DNA of 63,764 bases, counting the filler, from Chiloscyllium plagiosum (Eukaryota), in assembly GCF_004010195.1 (NCBI RefSeq). It is 9 parts of 9 records of this genome, joined end to end, with 100 filler letters (N's around TTAATTAATTAA, not from the genome) between each part and the next. Parts side by side here need not be neighbours in the genome. Positions count along the whole stretch, not along the records: positions 20,120 to 31,496 come from NW_025206260.1; positions 31,597 to 36,204 come from NW_025195978.1; positions 36,305 to 39,128 come from NW_025185198.1; 6 more parts are not named here. One strand, given 5' to 3'. Under the pieces are notes generated by a model. It was given only the letters and a program-made list of their open reading frames with translations, searched no databases and had not been told where the DNA came from. Position 1 is the first letter of the stretch. Every line of letters begins with the position of its first letter. The position numbers and the translations under genes are program-made. This document shows positions 25,901 through 37,780 of this stretch, in pieces.

Positions 25901-26919
25901 CCACGCCAAACTAAACAGCTTCAATAAACTAATTCATTGAATCCTGTAAAATTCGTCATTTGTTTCAATCTTCTCAATCAATGAGATATTTACAGTAATT
26001 ATTCCATCATTTCAGAGGGAATAACTAATGAAATAAACGATATTTACATGATATTTACTATTTGCCCACAGAATTGATGCCAAAATGGCAATAACTAAAC
26101 AGCTGCATTTCTGCAGCATCCTGACAGCATGTTATTATAAACTGAAGAAGTCAAAACAACACAATACTTCTATCTTTGCACAGAAACAACGGGATGGTCT
26201 TTCACCTGGAATCACAGCATTAGTAACACAAGGGTACTTCATGTAAACTGTAGTAACACTATGCCAGTTCATCATAGGACAGTGGTAATGCCACATTACG
26301 TTGCATTTGCACAAAAATAATGAGAACATTGCAGTAATTCACCCCCAATAGCATTGCCAGTGAATTCCTGTGATTGTATTTAAAATATGATATCAGTGTA
26401 ATCAAATCACTTCATAATGACCCTGTCCGTTAAATGAGCGCAAGTGCATTTATTTCCTCTTATGCTAGTAGAACATGGGATCAGTGACATCGTTCAAACA
26501 ATCGAACGGCCACCATCACAAGAAGGTAGCATCAAGTTAATACGGAGAAAGCACTTTGATAACGTGCTTTCTTCTCATAATGAAGGCATTCCACGTTTAA
26601 ACGAATGAAATTACAGCATCCATACCAAAAAAAAAACTTAAGGCCATAAAAATCAATTAGTTGAATGCTGAAATGGCAAAACTAATATCGTTATATTGGT
26701 CAATGATGCTGTGAAAGAGAAGTCGTGCCATGGAATGGAAAGAAAAGAGCACATTAAATTGGAACATGTAAATGTGCTTCAGGTAAAATTGTAGCATTGA
26801 TCGAACCAAACAATGATACTCTCACTTGTAAACTGACTACAATGTTTTACCTGGAACGCGATAGCCCCGACGGTGGGATAATAAATGTCAAACGCCTTCG
26901 CTGCTGGTATTCCATGCAT
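22980..26919 (-). pseudogene. Class A orphan GPCR (GPR139/GPR142-like) pseudogene, two exons
   Basis: Exon 1 26919-26851 (MHGIPAAKAFDIYYPTVGAI-VP, 1 nt short of the required phase). Exon 2 starts at 23867: IVILSQRKCGLS..MAMADLLV..FTIDRFLAI..YCTERTA, with a premature stop at 23257, frameshifts, and a TM7 remnant SSCINPCIY near 23060. Confidence 0.85.
24052..24300 (+). mobile_element. Degenerate HE1-type SINE
   Basis: gggcggcatcgcagcatagtgg...gagtttgcacattctc...gtgggtttcctcc. Confidence 0.65.
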
Positions 26920-29747
26920 TATTATCAGACGCTCCAAGTGCACGTTGCAATGCTCTGAAATTCACACTGTTGTTCATAATTGTAGGCTCGAGGGAGGTCA
27001 TTTGTTGTTTCGATGCTTTGAACTAATTAAATTTATTTCAGGAAACAAATGAATGCAGCTACTGCTCGAATGAAATTTATTTTTTGGAAGGACATAATAT
27101 TATCCCTCATGCTGAAGGTATTAGGTTGAGATTTAAAGAGAAAAAAGATTGTTCAAGTTATATGTGCAACGTGACAATATATTATTTAAAAGTATATGCT
27201 AAACTCTTATATTATTGTGAGTAATTCTGTGGTTTTGTCTCTAGAAAATATAATTAATTTGGTAAAACTTTATCCTTGTCTTTCAAGTTATGTATTTTAG
27301 CTATTACAGCCAATACAAACATGTTGTGGGCCAGAAAACACAAACAAATTTCACATTTTATTGCAAATGAAAAATATTCTCTGCAAAAGATTGGCGTGAT
27401 AGTTGCTGAGACAGAGCCTTTACATTTTAAGCTACCAGCTTCTCAGTTTCATTGCTGCATTTGAAACGGTGGCCTTAAAAGTCAAAATCGGATCAAAATT
27501 TAAAATTGTGTTATACACTTGAGATATGTATTCATTATGGTATAGCATATAAAGATAGCATAGAAATCCCATGCAATGTTACATTTCACTCGTTCCATTT
27601 TGTGAAACGCATAGCCAAAAGCGGATTACAGTCTAATTGGTATTGTTGTTTCCGATGGAGTGTGGCCTTTTCAAACAAAGGTTGGAAATGACTGATGGAG
27701 AAGCACAAATAAATTATTTAAGTATGATCCCACTGTTTTATTCCACCACATTATCATTTCAGTCTCTTCTTGAACTTTAAGTGATATACATTTTCTCTGT
27801 TTGATGTATTATCTTTGAATGGAATTAATTCTTGAATATGAAATATTATGTTAGCACTTTCACATTAGGAACACTGAGTACGTTACTTTTACACAAGAGA
27901 ATTCAGTTGAAAGTCTCAAACGAAAACAACAAATATTCCAATTGCAAAGTAAAATAACGATATTAACAAAAACAACATAAAACTAGAAGGGTTCAGCATA
28001 ATCTGTGACCAAGACGAACTACTCATCCTGTGCCGAAAAATATGTCAGGATGAACAACCAGTCTTCATTCCCCCTGTAAGTAACTGACTGCCTCTCGTGT
28101 TGTGCCACTGCAAAAACAACTTGCAACGTACTGACAATGTTCTGGTGTCATTGTGTGAATGACTAAAGAAGCTGTAACATGAAGATTGTCAGACGACTGC
28201 CAGGTTGCTTTCTGGAGTGCCATCTAATTGCTCCGTCACTAATTAGGCAAGGGTGTGCTGAGTTCATGTTTACAAAAACATGAACTCAACAGTCCACCTA
28301 TCAATAAAGATTCAGTAGGCAGATAAATTTCAAACATTTGGATCCAGATCTGGTCTCTAGATTGGCAGCGATGGGACGTATCGAAACAAGTTGCCAAGCG
28401 TGACCCAATGCTCTGATTGCCTGTGAGTATCTGTGAATTTTGAAAATCATGGAGCATGTTTATTGGCTTCAGAAGAATACAGTCCGGGTTACTGAAATTC
28501 AGGCCATTGAGGTAAATGTCACAAGGATGTGAAAGTGGAGAAAATGTGACGTAAGTGACCCACAAGAGGAGGAAGCTGAGTAATTTGACTAAGATCTAAA
28601 CAATGGATAAGCAATTGAGGAAAGAACTGGAAGATAGAGCATTGTATGTAACTATTTGCAATTGTCAGATATGGCAGGAAGAAGAAGCACATTATCTAAA
28701 TGGCGAGAGTTGCAGAGCTCTGATATACCGAAGCTTGTCACAGTCTATGACGTATGGTAAGTTACTACTGACATGCAGGAAATAATTAGCAAAGTTCATA
28801 GAATATTCTGCTTTTTCACCAATGGAATTCACGGAATCATAGATTCACGTTTCGTTACTCTGTCAGAGGGGGCTATTCAGCAACTTAGTGTCAAATTCAT
28901 GAAAGGTCCACACATGACCTGCGCACTTGTTCGATCTACAATATTTCAATGCCTTATTGAATGTCACAATTAAGCCTGTCTCCAGCCCATTCTTGGCTAT
29001 TCACCCATAACAGTGCGGATAGTTGTGTGAAAAAATCATTTATCTCATCCTCACATTACCTTTTTTTCACAATATGTCTGCTGCAAAATTGGAATATTAG
29101 AATATCGTTTTATTGTCACGTGCACATTGAAAGAGTACAGTGAAAAGCTTTTCCAATGTCTGCCTTCTTATGGCGACATATTACTGACACAAGTGCTTCA
29201 ATACAATTCTTGAATCCAGCAGAGAAATAGAAGTATTTGCACTACTAAACCGAGATGAAAATAACTTTAAAAATACAAATAGATATTGCGTCATTGCAGT
29301 TCAGCGCATGATCAGAACGAACGTACCACATCCCACTCCAGCACCCAACAGCAAGCCTCGTTCTGATCTCGGCCCCATTCCTCTTCATACCGACAATCAA
29401 CTGCTCCAGGGTACGTCCTGGTCTGCTTCCCCTGTACAGGTGTGTGCCTGATACTCACTGCCTATATGGTACACCGTGGCTGCTTACTGGCGGTGCTGCT
29501 GACGGACTGATAGCCCGCACTGCTTCCTTCACCTTTTCCAGGCCTTGCAGCACACACTCAGCTCTGGGGCTCGTGGCCGACTCGCTGCTTCGGGGTTGGT
29601 GGCTCCCACGTTGCTTGTGGCGCACACGCTGTGAAATCTGTGGCTCCTGTCTGTCGAACATTTTACCGGTGGTAATAGTTTCTCCCGTTCTATTCTGAAC
29701 AGAAACTTGTACATCAGTAGGAAGGTACTGCTTCAGGAATACTTTCG

Positions 29748-29797
29748 GTGTGTGTCTGTGTGTGTCTGTGTGTGTGTCTGTGTGTGAGAGAGAGAGA
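29748..29797. repeat. (TG)n/(AG)n microsatellite
   Basis: Directly visible. Confidence 0.9.
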
Positions 29798-30916
29798 ATA
29801 CATCTGCCGTGCTATGCGCAGTAGTGCATTCTTTATTTAAGAAGAGTGTGAATGTATTGATTGCAGTTTTCTGAACTTATACTGTACCTCTGTCTCGAAT
29901 GGGTGGGTTGACTTGTGAGGTCAGGATGGACAGTTGAGACTTGTCCATTTGAAGCTAGAAGAGAAAAAGCCCATTCGACTGGCACATTCAAAACCTTGAG
30001 AGTTTTGATAGAGTAAACATGGAAAGAAAGTTCTATCTTGTAGGAGAATCTAGAACTCTGTATCCCAGGATGATGGGGAGGAGGAATCGAGCATTTAAGG
30101 CAAAGTTAAAGACTATTTCTTTCCTCGCAGAGTACTGTGAGCTTTTGGAACTCTCTTTTTCTAAAGGCATGATAAACAGGTATTTGAATATTTTCAAGGC
30201 AAAGTTAGATACATTCTTGCTTTTAAAAAATCGTGAACAATAATTCGGATTCTATGGGAATTCTGACAAGCAGAGGATTCAGAGAAGTCTTGATATTTCT
30301 GAACGTCAGAACAGGCTTAAGTTGCGGAATCCAGCTGTCAAAATGTAAATTCGTACGAGATATTTGTTAAAATGAAAATTTGATGTTGTTTCCGTATTGT
30401 GTTCCACGATACTGATAATTCGACTGGGTTATCTCATATTTGAACATGACTCTAAAGGGATGGACCGATTCTGATTAACTGAGTCTGAGGTGGGCTCCTC
30501 CAGATTAGGTGTTCAACCAAAATCCTGGTACCCAGTCCAGGGGAATGTTCATGAGTCTCTGGCTGCAACAGAATTTAGTGAGTGAGGTCTTGTAGTATGT
30601 GTAATATTCCCAGTGTCCTCGACCAACATTTCAAACTCAAAGAACAACATCAATGAAACCACATGACCATTTTCCCAGCTCATTTCTCTAGTTGCACGTA
30701 GGACGGCAGCCTCTATTCTCAGAACAGCTACCAAACCCATCCCCTGTGCGTCAGAGTAATGTAGGAGGGATTTCACATCCGGAACAAGGGCAGTGGCCTT
30801 TGCAAATAAACTTGATCGTTCTGCTGTATTTCAGTCCAGCTAGGAGCTTCCGTCTCCCCGAGAAGCCTTCACCTTCCAGACTGTGCAAATCATCTGCTGC
30901 ACGAGGAAGCAGCACG

Positions 30917-31378
30917 ATGGGACTCCTTCTTGTCCTTACACTGTGTGTCTATTTGCCAAGTAAGTGCGGACCGAACAATCTGACATTGTACACATTTAGT
31001 GCAAAGTTCCCCGAATCCATGAAGAAATCATAGAAATTGCATCTGGTTCAGTTTCACTGTGCGGATTTATATCTCTCCCATTAATTTCCAGGATCTTTCT
31101 GTCAGTCAGTGGTACAGACTCCACGAGCAGACACCAAGGAAGAGTGCCAGTCTCTCAACATCAACTGCGTTTTCTATGGTGGCTTCTTTGCATCTCCTTT
31201 GAAGCGGGGCGAATTCTTCAGACAAACACAGACTGGAACCAAACGAGAGCGGATCTTGTCAGGAGGACGATTTGTTGTGAGGACAAATACAGCAGAAAAG
31301 ACATTTTCACTGGAAGTTCAGAATCTGAATGTGAAAGACACTGCCACGTATTATTGTAAAGCTTGGTACCATACAACC
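30917..31378 (+). CDS. NAR-type V gene segment, most like NAR-TCR V (leader + V, unrearranged)
   Basis: Leader 30917-30959 MGLLLVLTLCVYLP. V exon 31092-31378 QSVVQTPRADTKEECQSLNINCVF..RERILSGGRFVVRTN..FSLEVQNLNVKDTATYYCKAWYHTT. It has VNAR-like frameworks, a short C'/C'' region and an extra FR1 Cys. Confidence 0.8.
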
Positions 31379-31416
31379 CACAGTGATTTGACTCAGCCAC
31401 CCGCCATACCAAAACG
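31379..31416 (+). promoter_or_regulatory. Recombination signal sequence (23-class, 22-bp spacer)
   Basis: CACAGTG (31379-85) + 22 nt + ACCAAAACG (31408-16; 7/9 match to ACAAAAACC). Confidence 0.85.
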
Positions 31417-31885
31417 CTCTCTGCAGATTATCACAGAACTAAATCAAATTCCGAAGCCCATTCGCCCTGAACATCCCATATTTACGCTTCTCAGTGNNNN
31501 NNNNNNNNNNNNNNNNNNNNNNNNNNNNNNNNNNNNNNNNTTAATTAATTAANNNNNNNNNNNNNNNNNNNNNNNNNNNNNNNNNNNNNNNNNNNNTTGG
31601 GTATATAGACAGGGCAGTGGGGTTTATAGAGGGCAGGCCAAGGTGGGTCAAGGAGGGGTATTTGCCCCAGGCCCTGATTGGGCCGAAGCGCTTCATTCTC
31701 CTCCTCGCCCTGAAACCATGAGCTTCCCCCATTGGTCAAGATGGAGCCTGGTGTGTGTGGGTATAGTGGATATCCTGAACACACGCGGGCCGAAGGGCTC
31801 CTCACTCCCATGCCACAGGGTGGGGGGGGGGTGGGGGCGCAGATCCAGCCTTCAATACCAGGTTTGGTGGGTGGAGGAGCTCACC

Positions 31886-34256
31886 TCACGCTGGGTGCTG
31901 GGTCAATCCATCTCCTGGTAAAACAGAGAAACAATACTGTCAGGGTGTGCACGGAGTCCATTCTGCCCCTCGAGAACCTGCTGCCCCTGTATAACCTGTA
32001 TTCACTTCCCCTCACAGTGAACCTTCACATACTCCTGGCTTCCCCGGTCACTTGCCATCCTTGCACACAAACTGTTATCTGTTGTTCATCATTTACACAA
32101 TCATCTCGACAAAGGATAAACCCCCCGACAATCTGCTGTGTGTGTGTGCGCCCTAACTGCTCCGCCCTCCCCAACTCTGACCTTCCTTATTTTATCTGTT
32201 CGAACTCACAAATAGCTTGCAGCTACGAGCGCTCACACATCCAGTGGGTGTGTTGCGAGTTAGCCCACGCCCGTGGGCTTTACCTGAAGTCGTGCTGATG
32301 TTGGATCGCACGCTGGTCTTGGTCCGGTTTGATCTGCCCTGCCGTCGATTTTTCAAGAAAAGCACTGCGGGGAATCGGAAAACATCAAGAGTATGTTGCA
32401 AACGCAAATTTCCTCACCTCATACGCGAGTGCGACTGATTGCGTGCGCTCTGCGTTAAAAATTACCTGTGGGTTCAAAGATCCCAGCGCGGCGACCTGTA
32501 AAAGGGAGATAAAGCAGGGTTCTAAAACTCAGCAGCAAGCAATTCGTGAGTTCGAACAGACGCAGCAGGGGGACAAGGTGGGAGCCATTGGGCAGGAGAT
32601 TGAAGGAGGGGACGGGCAGGCGTTTTAATCAGCAATAGGTCAACGGGAAAAGGAAAGTGGATAGAGGCCGAGATGGGGGTGGGCCCCACGATTGGGCCGA
32701 ACGATGGAACGAGCTCGAGGGGGGCCGAATGGCCTGCTCCTGAGCTAGTCTCGAGGTTTCGAGCGCGGGGTCAGGAGTGCTCTGTGACCCTTCCCTGAAG
32801 CCGAACACCGCCCCTTCCCACCCCACCCCCCCTGGGGAGAGGGGGAGGGGGGCGGGGAAACACTAGACGTGACCAGCCGCCATCATGACCTTGAGACTTG
32901 AGGTGAATGTAGACAGGAACCATGACGAAGGTGACTCCCAGAATTCCAATCAATATTCCCACAATGGCGGCCGATGACAAAGAGAAATGGTGATCGTCGA
33001 CTGGGGGAAGGGCAAAGGGGGGGGGGCAGAGGGGCAAATAAAACAGCAACAGGTCAACAGGGAATCCAGCACTCCCTCTGACACCCACCACCCCACCACA
33101 CCCTCCCAGGGACGGGGGGGTTAGAGACAGAGTAAAGCTCCCTCTGACACCCACCACCCCACCACACCCTCCCAGGGACAGGGGGTTTAGAGACAGAGTA
33201 AAGCTCCCTCTACACTGTCCCCCACCACACCCTCCCAGGGATGGGGGGGTTAGAGACAGAGTAAAGCTCCCTCTACACTGTCCCCCACCACACCCTCCCA
33301 GGGACAGGGGGGGGGTTAGAGACAGAGTAAAGCTCCCTCCACACTGTCCCCCACCACACCCTCCCAGGGACGGGGGGGTTCGAGACAGAGTAAAGCTCCC
33401 TCTACACTGTCCCCCACCACACCCTCCCAGGGACAGCACGGGATTAGAGACAGAGTAAGGCTCTCTCTACACTGTCCCCCATCAAACACTCCCTGGGACG
33501 GGGGGGTTAGAGACAGAGTAATGCTCCCTCTACACTGTCCCCCCCACCAAACCCTCCCAGGGACAGGGACAGCACAGGGTTGGATACAGAGAAAAGCTCC
33601 CTCTACACTGTCCCCCATCAAACACTCCCTGGGACGGGGGTTAGATACAGAGTAAAGCTCCCTCTACACTGTCCCCCCATCAAACACTCCCAGGCTCAGG
33701 GGGGTTAGATACAGAGTAAAGCTCCATCTACACTGTCCCCCATCAAACCCTCCCAGGGACAGGGGGGTTAGATACAGAGTAAAGCTCCCTCTACACTGTC
33801 ACCCCATCAAACACTCCCAGCGACAGCACGGGGTGAGATACAGAGTAAAGCTCCCTCTACACTGTTCACCCAGCAGTGAAGTCTTTCTATGCCCCTTTTG
33901 AGTTGTGCACTGCAGCGCTGGGAGACTGTCGGACACAGGGGCAGGGGTTCAGGTGTTAGCGGACATACCCCAGTCCAGGCGGAATCCCTCTGGGTAGGGG
34001 TAGGAAGCGTGCTGAACGAGGCAGGTGTAGGTAGCAGGAGGGTCAGGCTCCACAGGGATGTAGGCCGCAGTCTGGAAGGTTCCTCGGCTGTTGGGGAGGA
34101 TGGGAAGGCGCAGCACCACAGGGTCGATGTTCTCCCCGTCCCTCAGCCAGCTCACATTAACCGCCCGGGGGTAGAATCCCGTCACGGAACATCGCAGCTG
34201 CTGTGGCTGGCCATTCAGTGACTGACCCTCCAACTGGATTCGCACCGAGGGAGGCA
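31886..34256 (-). CDS. 3' half of an MHC class I-like (C1-set) membrane protein gene: C1, TM and three cytoplasmic exons
   Basis: Exons 34256-33969 (VPPSVRI..LRCSVTGFYPRAVNVSWLRDGE..LPNSRGTFQ..YTCLVQHAS..LDW), 33000-32890 (TM AAIVGILIGILGVTFVMVPVYI), 32495-32466 (GRRAGIFEPT), 32364-32284 (VLFLKNRRQGRSNRTKTSVRSNISTTS) and 31914-31886 (GDGLTQHPA*). All are GT-AG, phase 1 and in frame. Confidence 0.75.
33070..33865. repeat. Intronic minisatellite, ~56-66-bp unit (ggggttagagacagagtaaagctccctctacactgtcccccaccacaccctcccagggac), ~13 copies
   Basis: Directly visible tandem array between the C1 and TM exons. Confidence 0.95.
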
Positions 34257-34294
34257 CTGAGGAAAGACAGGAGTTACTCCCAATCCCACCGCAC

Positions 34295-34460
34295 TCCCAT
34301 TCAGCCCCCTCCCCTCCTCCTCCAGCCTGTTACACAGGAACAGGTGGCCATTCAGCCCCTCCCCTCCTCCAGCCTGTTACACAGGGACATGTGGCCATTC
34401 AGCTCCTCCAGCCTGTTACACAGTAACGGGAGGCCATTCAGCCCCTCCTTCCTCCTGCTG
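34295..34460. repeat. Short tandem repeat (ggccattcagcccctcccctcctccagcctgttacacag), ~4 copies
   Basis: Directly visible. Confidence 0.8.
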
Positions 34461-34779
34461 AAGCCCTGTGAGACACGATGGACCGTGAGTTCCTTTTTCA
34501 AACATGCAGCAACCCTTGGCTTTTTTCCAAAGCACACCCCCTCCCATTTCAAGTGCCCAATCACGAATCCAGAAAGGTGAACACAAATACAAGAATGTTA
34601 TTTTTACAGGCGACGAAAATAACATTCCAAAAATACGACCGTGACACAATGTCGAAGAGAGGAACTATGCTGTGCACCGAAAAACAGGAACAGTGAAGAA
34701 ATGGTTCTGGCTGTGACTGACTCTTACAGATAACCCTCAACAGTGTGAACGTGGTTCCCTCAGATCACAACAGGAGAGC

Positions 34780-35620
34780 CATCAGATGGGCCAACGTGTG
34801 GCAGATGGAGTTTAATTCCGATAACTGCGAGGGGCTGCGTTTTGGGAAAGCAAATCCTAGCAGGACTTATCCACTTCATGGTCAGGTCCTGGGGAGTGTT
34901 GCTGAACAAAGAGACCTTGGAGTGCAGGTTCATAGCTCCTTGAAAGTGGGGCCGCAGGTAGATAGGATAGTGAAGGCAGCGTTTGGTATGCTTTCCTTTA
35001 TTGGTCAGAGTATTGAGTACAGGAGTTGGGAGGTCATGTTGCGGCTGGATTGGTCAGGCTGCATTCGATTCTGGTCTCCCCGCTGCAGGAAGGATGTTGG
35101 GAAAGGGTTTGAGCTGCGGGGAGAGGCTGGATAGGCCGGGGGCTGTTTTCCCTGGAGCGTCGGAGGCTGAGGGGTGACCTTATAGAGGTTTATAAAATCA
35201 TGAGGGGCATGGATAGGATAAATAGACAAGGTCTTTTCCCCCTGGGGTGGGGGGAGTCCAGAACTAGAGGTTTATAAAATCATGAGGGAACATGGATAGG
35301 GTAAATAGACAAGGTCTTTTCCCCCTGGGGTGGGGGAGCCCAGAACTAGAGGGGGGTAGGTTTAAGGTGAGGGGGGGGGGAAAGGGAGCTGAGGGGCAAC
35401 TTTTCCCCAGAGGGTGGTGCGTGTGTGGAATGAGCTGCCAGAGGATGTGGTGTGGGCTGGTACAATGACCACATTTAAAAGGCATCTGGATGGGGGACAT
35501 GGAGAGGAAGGGTTTAGAGGGAGATGGCAAACGGGACACCATTAGTTTAGGATATCTGGGTCAGCGTGGACGAGTTGGGCCGAAGGGTCTGTTTCCGAGC
35601 TGTACATCTCTCTGACTCCA
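34780..35620 (+). mobile_element. CR1 LINE 3' fragment with internal ~80-bp duplication
   Basis: WQMEFNSDNCE..GSVAEQRDLGVQV; 35187-35270 is repeated at 35268-35350. Confidence 0.85.
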
Positions 35621-36104
35621 AGAAAAGGGGTCAGGATAAGGCAAATAATTACAAACTGGTCAGTTTAATTTCGAGAGAGAATCATTCAGGGATTAAAGCA
35701 GGAAGTACATGGGGAGATGGTGTGGGGTGATTCAGACAGATTTCTAAAGGTGGGAAAATGTTCAGCTAACTTGTTGAGATTACAGAGAGAGAGAGAGAGG
35801 ATTGATGAGGGTAGCGCAGCGGATGCTGTGTGTATGGACATACTGCAGTTATAGAGTGCCACACAGCAGAACAGGTACAGATTGGTGGGCAAATGGGTCA
35901 TTCCCAATGTGGAAGCAACTTTGGCTGAGGGGTGGGGAGACAGACCCTCGTTCAGTGGATAGTTTCCAGGCTGGGGGCTGGAGCAGGTCCCCAGAGGCTG
36001 GTTACAGGAATCTCGGTATTCCCTGAGATGGATCAAGGACCTGGGGGTGTGTAGGGACAACTTCAGAGTCAGCAGAGGGTGTTAACAGATGGAAGAACAG
36101 CTCT

Positions 36105-36204
36105 GACCGTCCCACAGTCCCTACTCCCTCAGCACTGACCCTCCCTCAGCACTGACCCTCCTACAGCCCCTGCTCCCTCAGCACTGGCCCTCCCTCAGCA
36201 CTGA
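36105..36204. repeat. Tandem ccctccctcagcactga repeat at scaffold end
   Basis: Directly visible. Confidence 0.75.
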
Positions 36205-36813
36205 NNNNNNNNNNNNNNNNNNNNNNNNNNNNNNNNNNNNNNNNNNNNTTAATTAATTAANNNNNNNNNNNNNNNNNNNNNNNNNNNNNNNNNNNNNNNN
36301 NNNNGGGTTTTAGTTATGAAACTAGATTAGATAGACATGAGTTTTCCTTGGAGCAGAGGAGAATTAGGGAGAAGATTATCATGATGTTTAGAATTATTTT
36401 AGGCATAGACAGGGTAGACTGGATGAAACCTTTCCCCTTGATGGAGAGATCAATGCCTCAGGGGCACATTGTGAAGGTAAGGCAAGGAGGTTCCAAGTGG
36501 ATCTCAGGGGAAAACAAAATCGAACAGAGGGTGGTGTTAACCTGGAGCTCAGCACCTACAAGTCATGTAGAGACTGAGCCCCTCATAATAAGTATGGAGT
36601 ATCCTTGCAAGGGCAAGTCACAAGGCAATGGATCATGTGCTGGCACATGAGACTGGAATAGTTAGGTGGCTGTTATTGATAGGCATGAATTGGTTGGATC
36701 AAATGGCCTTTTTCCTGTGCTGTATAAGTTGATTCTGTGAAAACTGTTATAAATAATGTCTTATTCATGTTAATTACAGATGATCTGTTTATCTCAGTTC
36801 CCACAACTCTTAC

Positions 36814-37119
36814 CTGGACATGGCATTACTTTGCTCTTGTGTGACCCGCTGTGTTGAACCTCACAGTAGATTTTGCTGGGGCAATCTACCACTGACTTGG
36901 GCAGGGTTAACTGGCTGCTCAGGGTGTAGGTTCCCTTCTTGCTTCTCACTGATGGGTAAGTCTTCAATGCAGTCTTGATTAGCTCCCCTCCTTTCTTCCT
37001 GGTTACCTTGGTGACGTCAGGGGACTAGTCCATCGCCAAACAACCAAAGGTCACAGAACCGGTGTTTTCCTCCTGACAGGAGGAGACCAGGCCATAAGGC
37101 GTGAGGGGAGATGGTGTCT
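36814..37119 (-). pseudogene. IgM heavy-chain CH1 exon, pseudogenised
   Basis: 306-nt AG/GT exon: [92 protein letters not shown], which is the shark C-mu1 pattern. TAG at 37025-37027, and the core Trp is replaced by Arg. Confidence 0.88.
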
Positions 37120-37469
37120 CTACAATAGAATGACCAATTGAGCATGTTAGTTTCTGTTAATTTGACCTTATCAGTTGCTCAAATGTATCCTCAGCTGGAA
37201 ACGTCTTCCTGTATGCTCCCGCTGAAGTCTACAGCATAACTGGAGTTTATTTTTGTTTCCTACCAGTTGCTGATCATGATCATTGGTTCCCTCTTTAGAA
37301 ACATGCCCTCGACCTTGACCATTACCACATAATTTAGGAAGAAGAGCATCCTGATCCCACCCCAGTAACTGTTTGAAGATCTCACCAACTGACACTTTCA
37401 CTGGATTGCTGTGAAAAGCAGAGACGTTTCACAAAATACAAAGCAAGGAAATGCAGATTCATCGAAATT

Positions 37470-37780
37470 CTACAGTGTGTACAAACAGGCCATTTGGCCC
37501 AACAAGTCCACACCAACCCTCTGAAAAGTAACGCATCCAGACCTATTCCCCTACCCTATTATGATACAGTTAACCCTGACTAATGCAAGTAAACTCCCAA
37601 TCACTGAACACAACATTTGCAATTCCCCCAGCTTGCACATCTTTGGACTGTGGGAGGAAACGCACACAGACATGGGGAAAAAGTGCCAACTCCACACACA
37701 TAGTCACCCGAGGCTGGAATGGAACCCGAGTCTCGAGCACTGTGAGGCAGCAGCGCTAACCACGGACCCAGGTGCCGCCT
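37470..37780 (-). mobile_element. Degenerate HE1-type SINE
   Basis: Similar to 11951-12254 (cttgcacatctttggactgtgggaggaaac, tgtgaggcagcagcgctaaccac). Confidence 0.7.

Noticed and set aside
32771-33621. Gly/Cys-rich repetitive ORFs (222 aa, 101 aa)
   Set aside because: Read-through of the intronic minisatellite; only 32890-33000 is a real (TM) exon.
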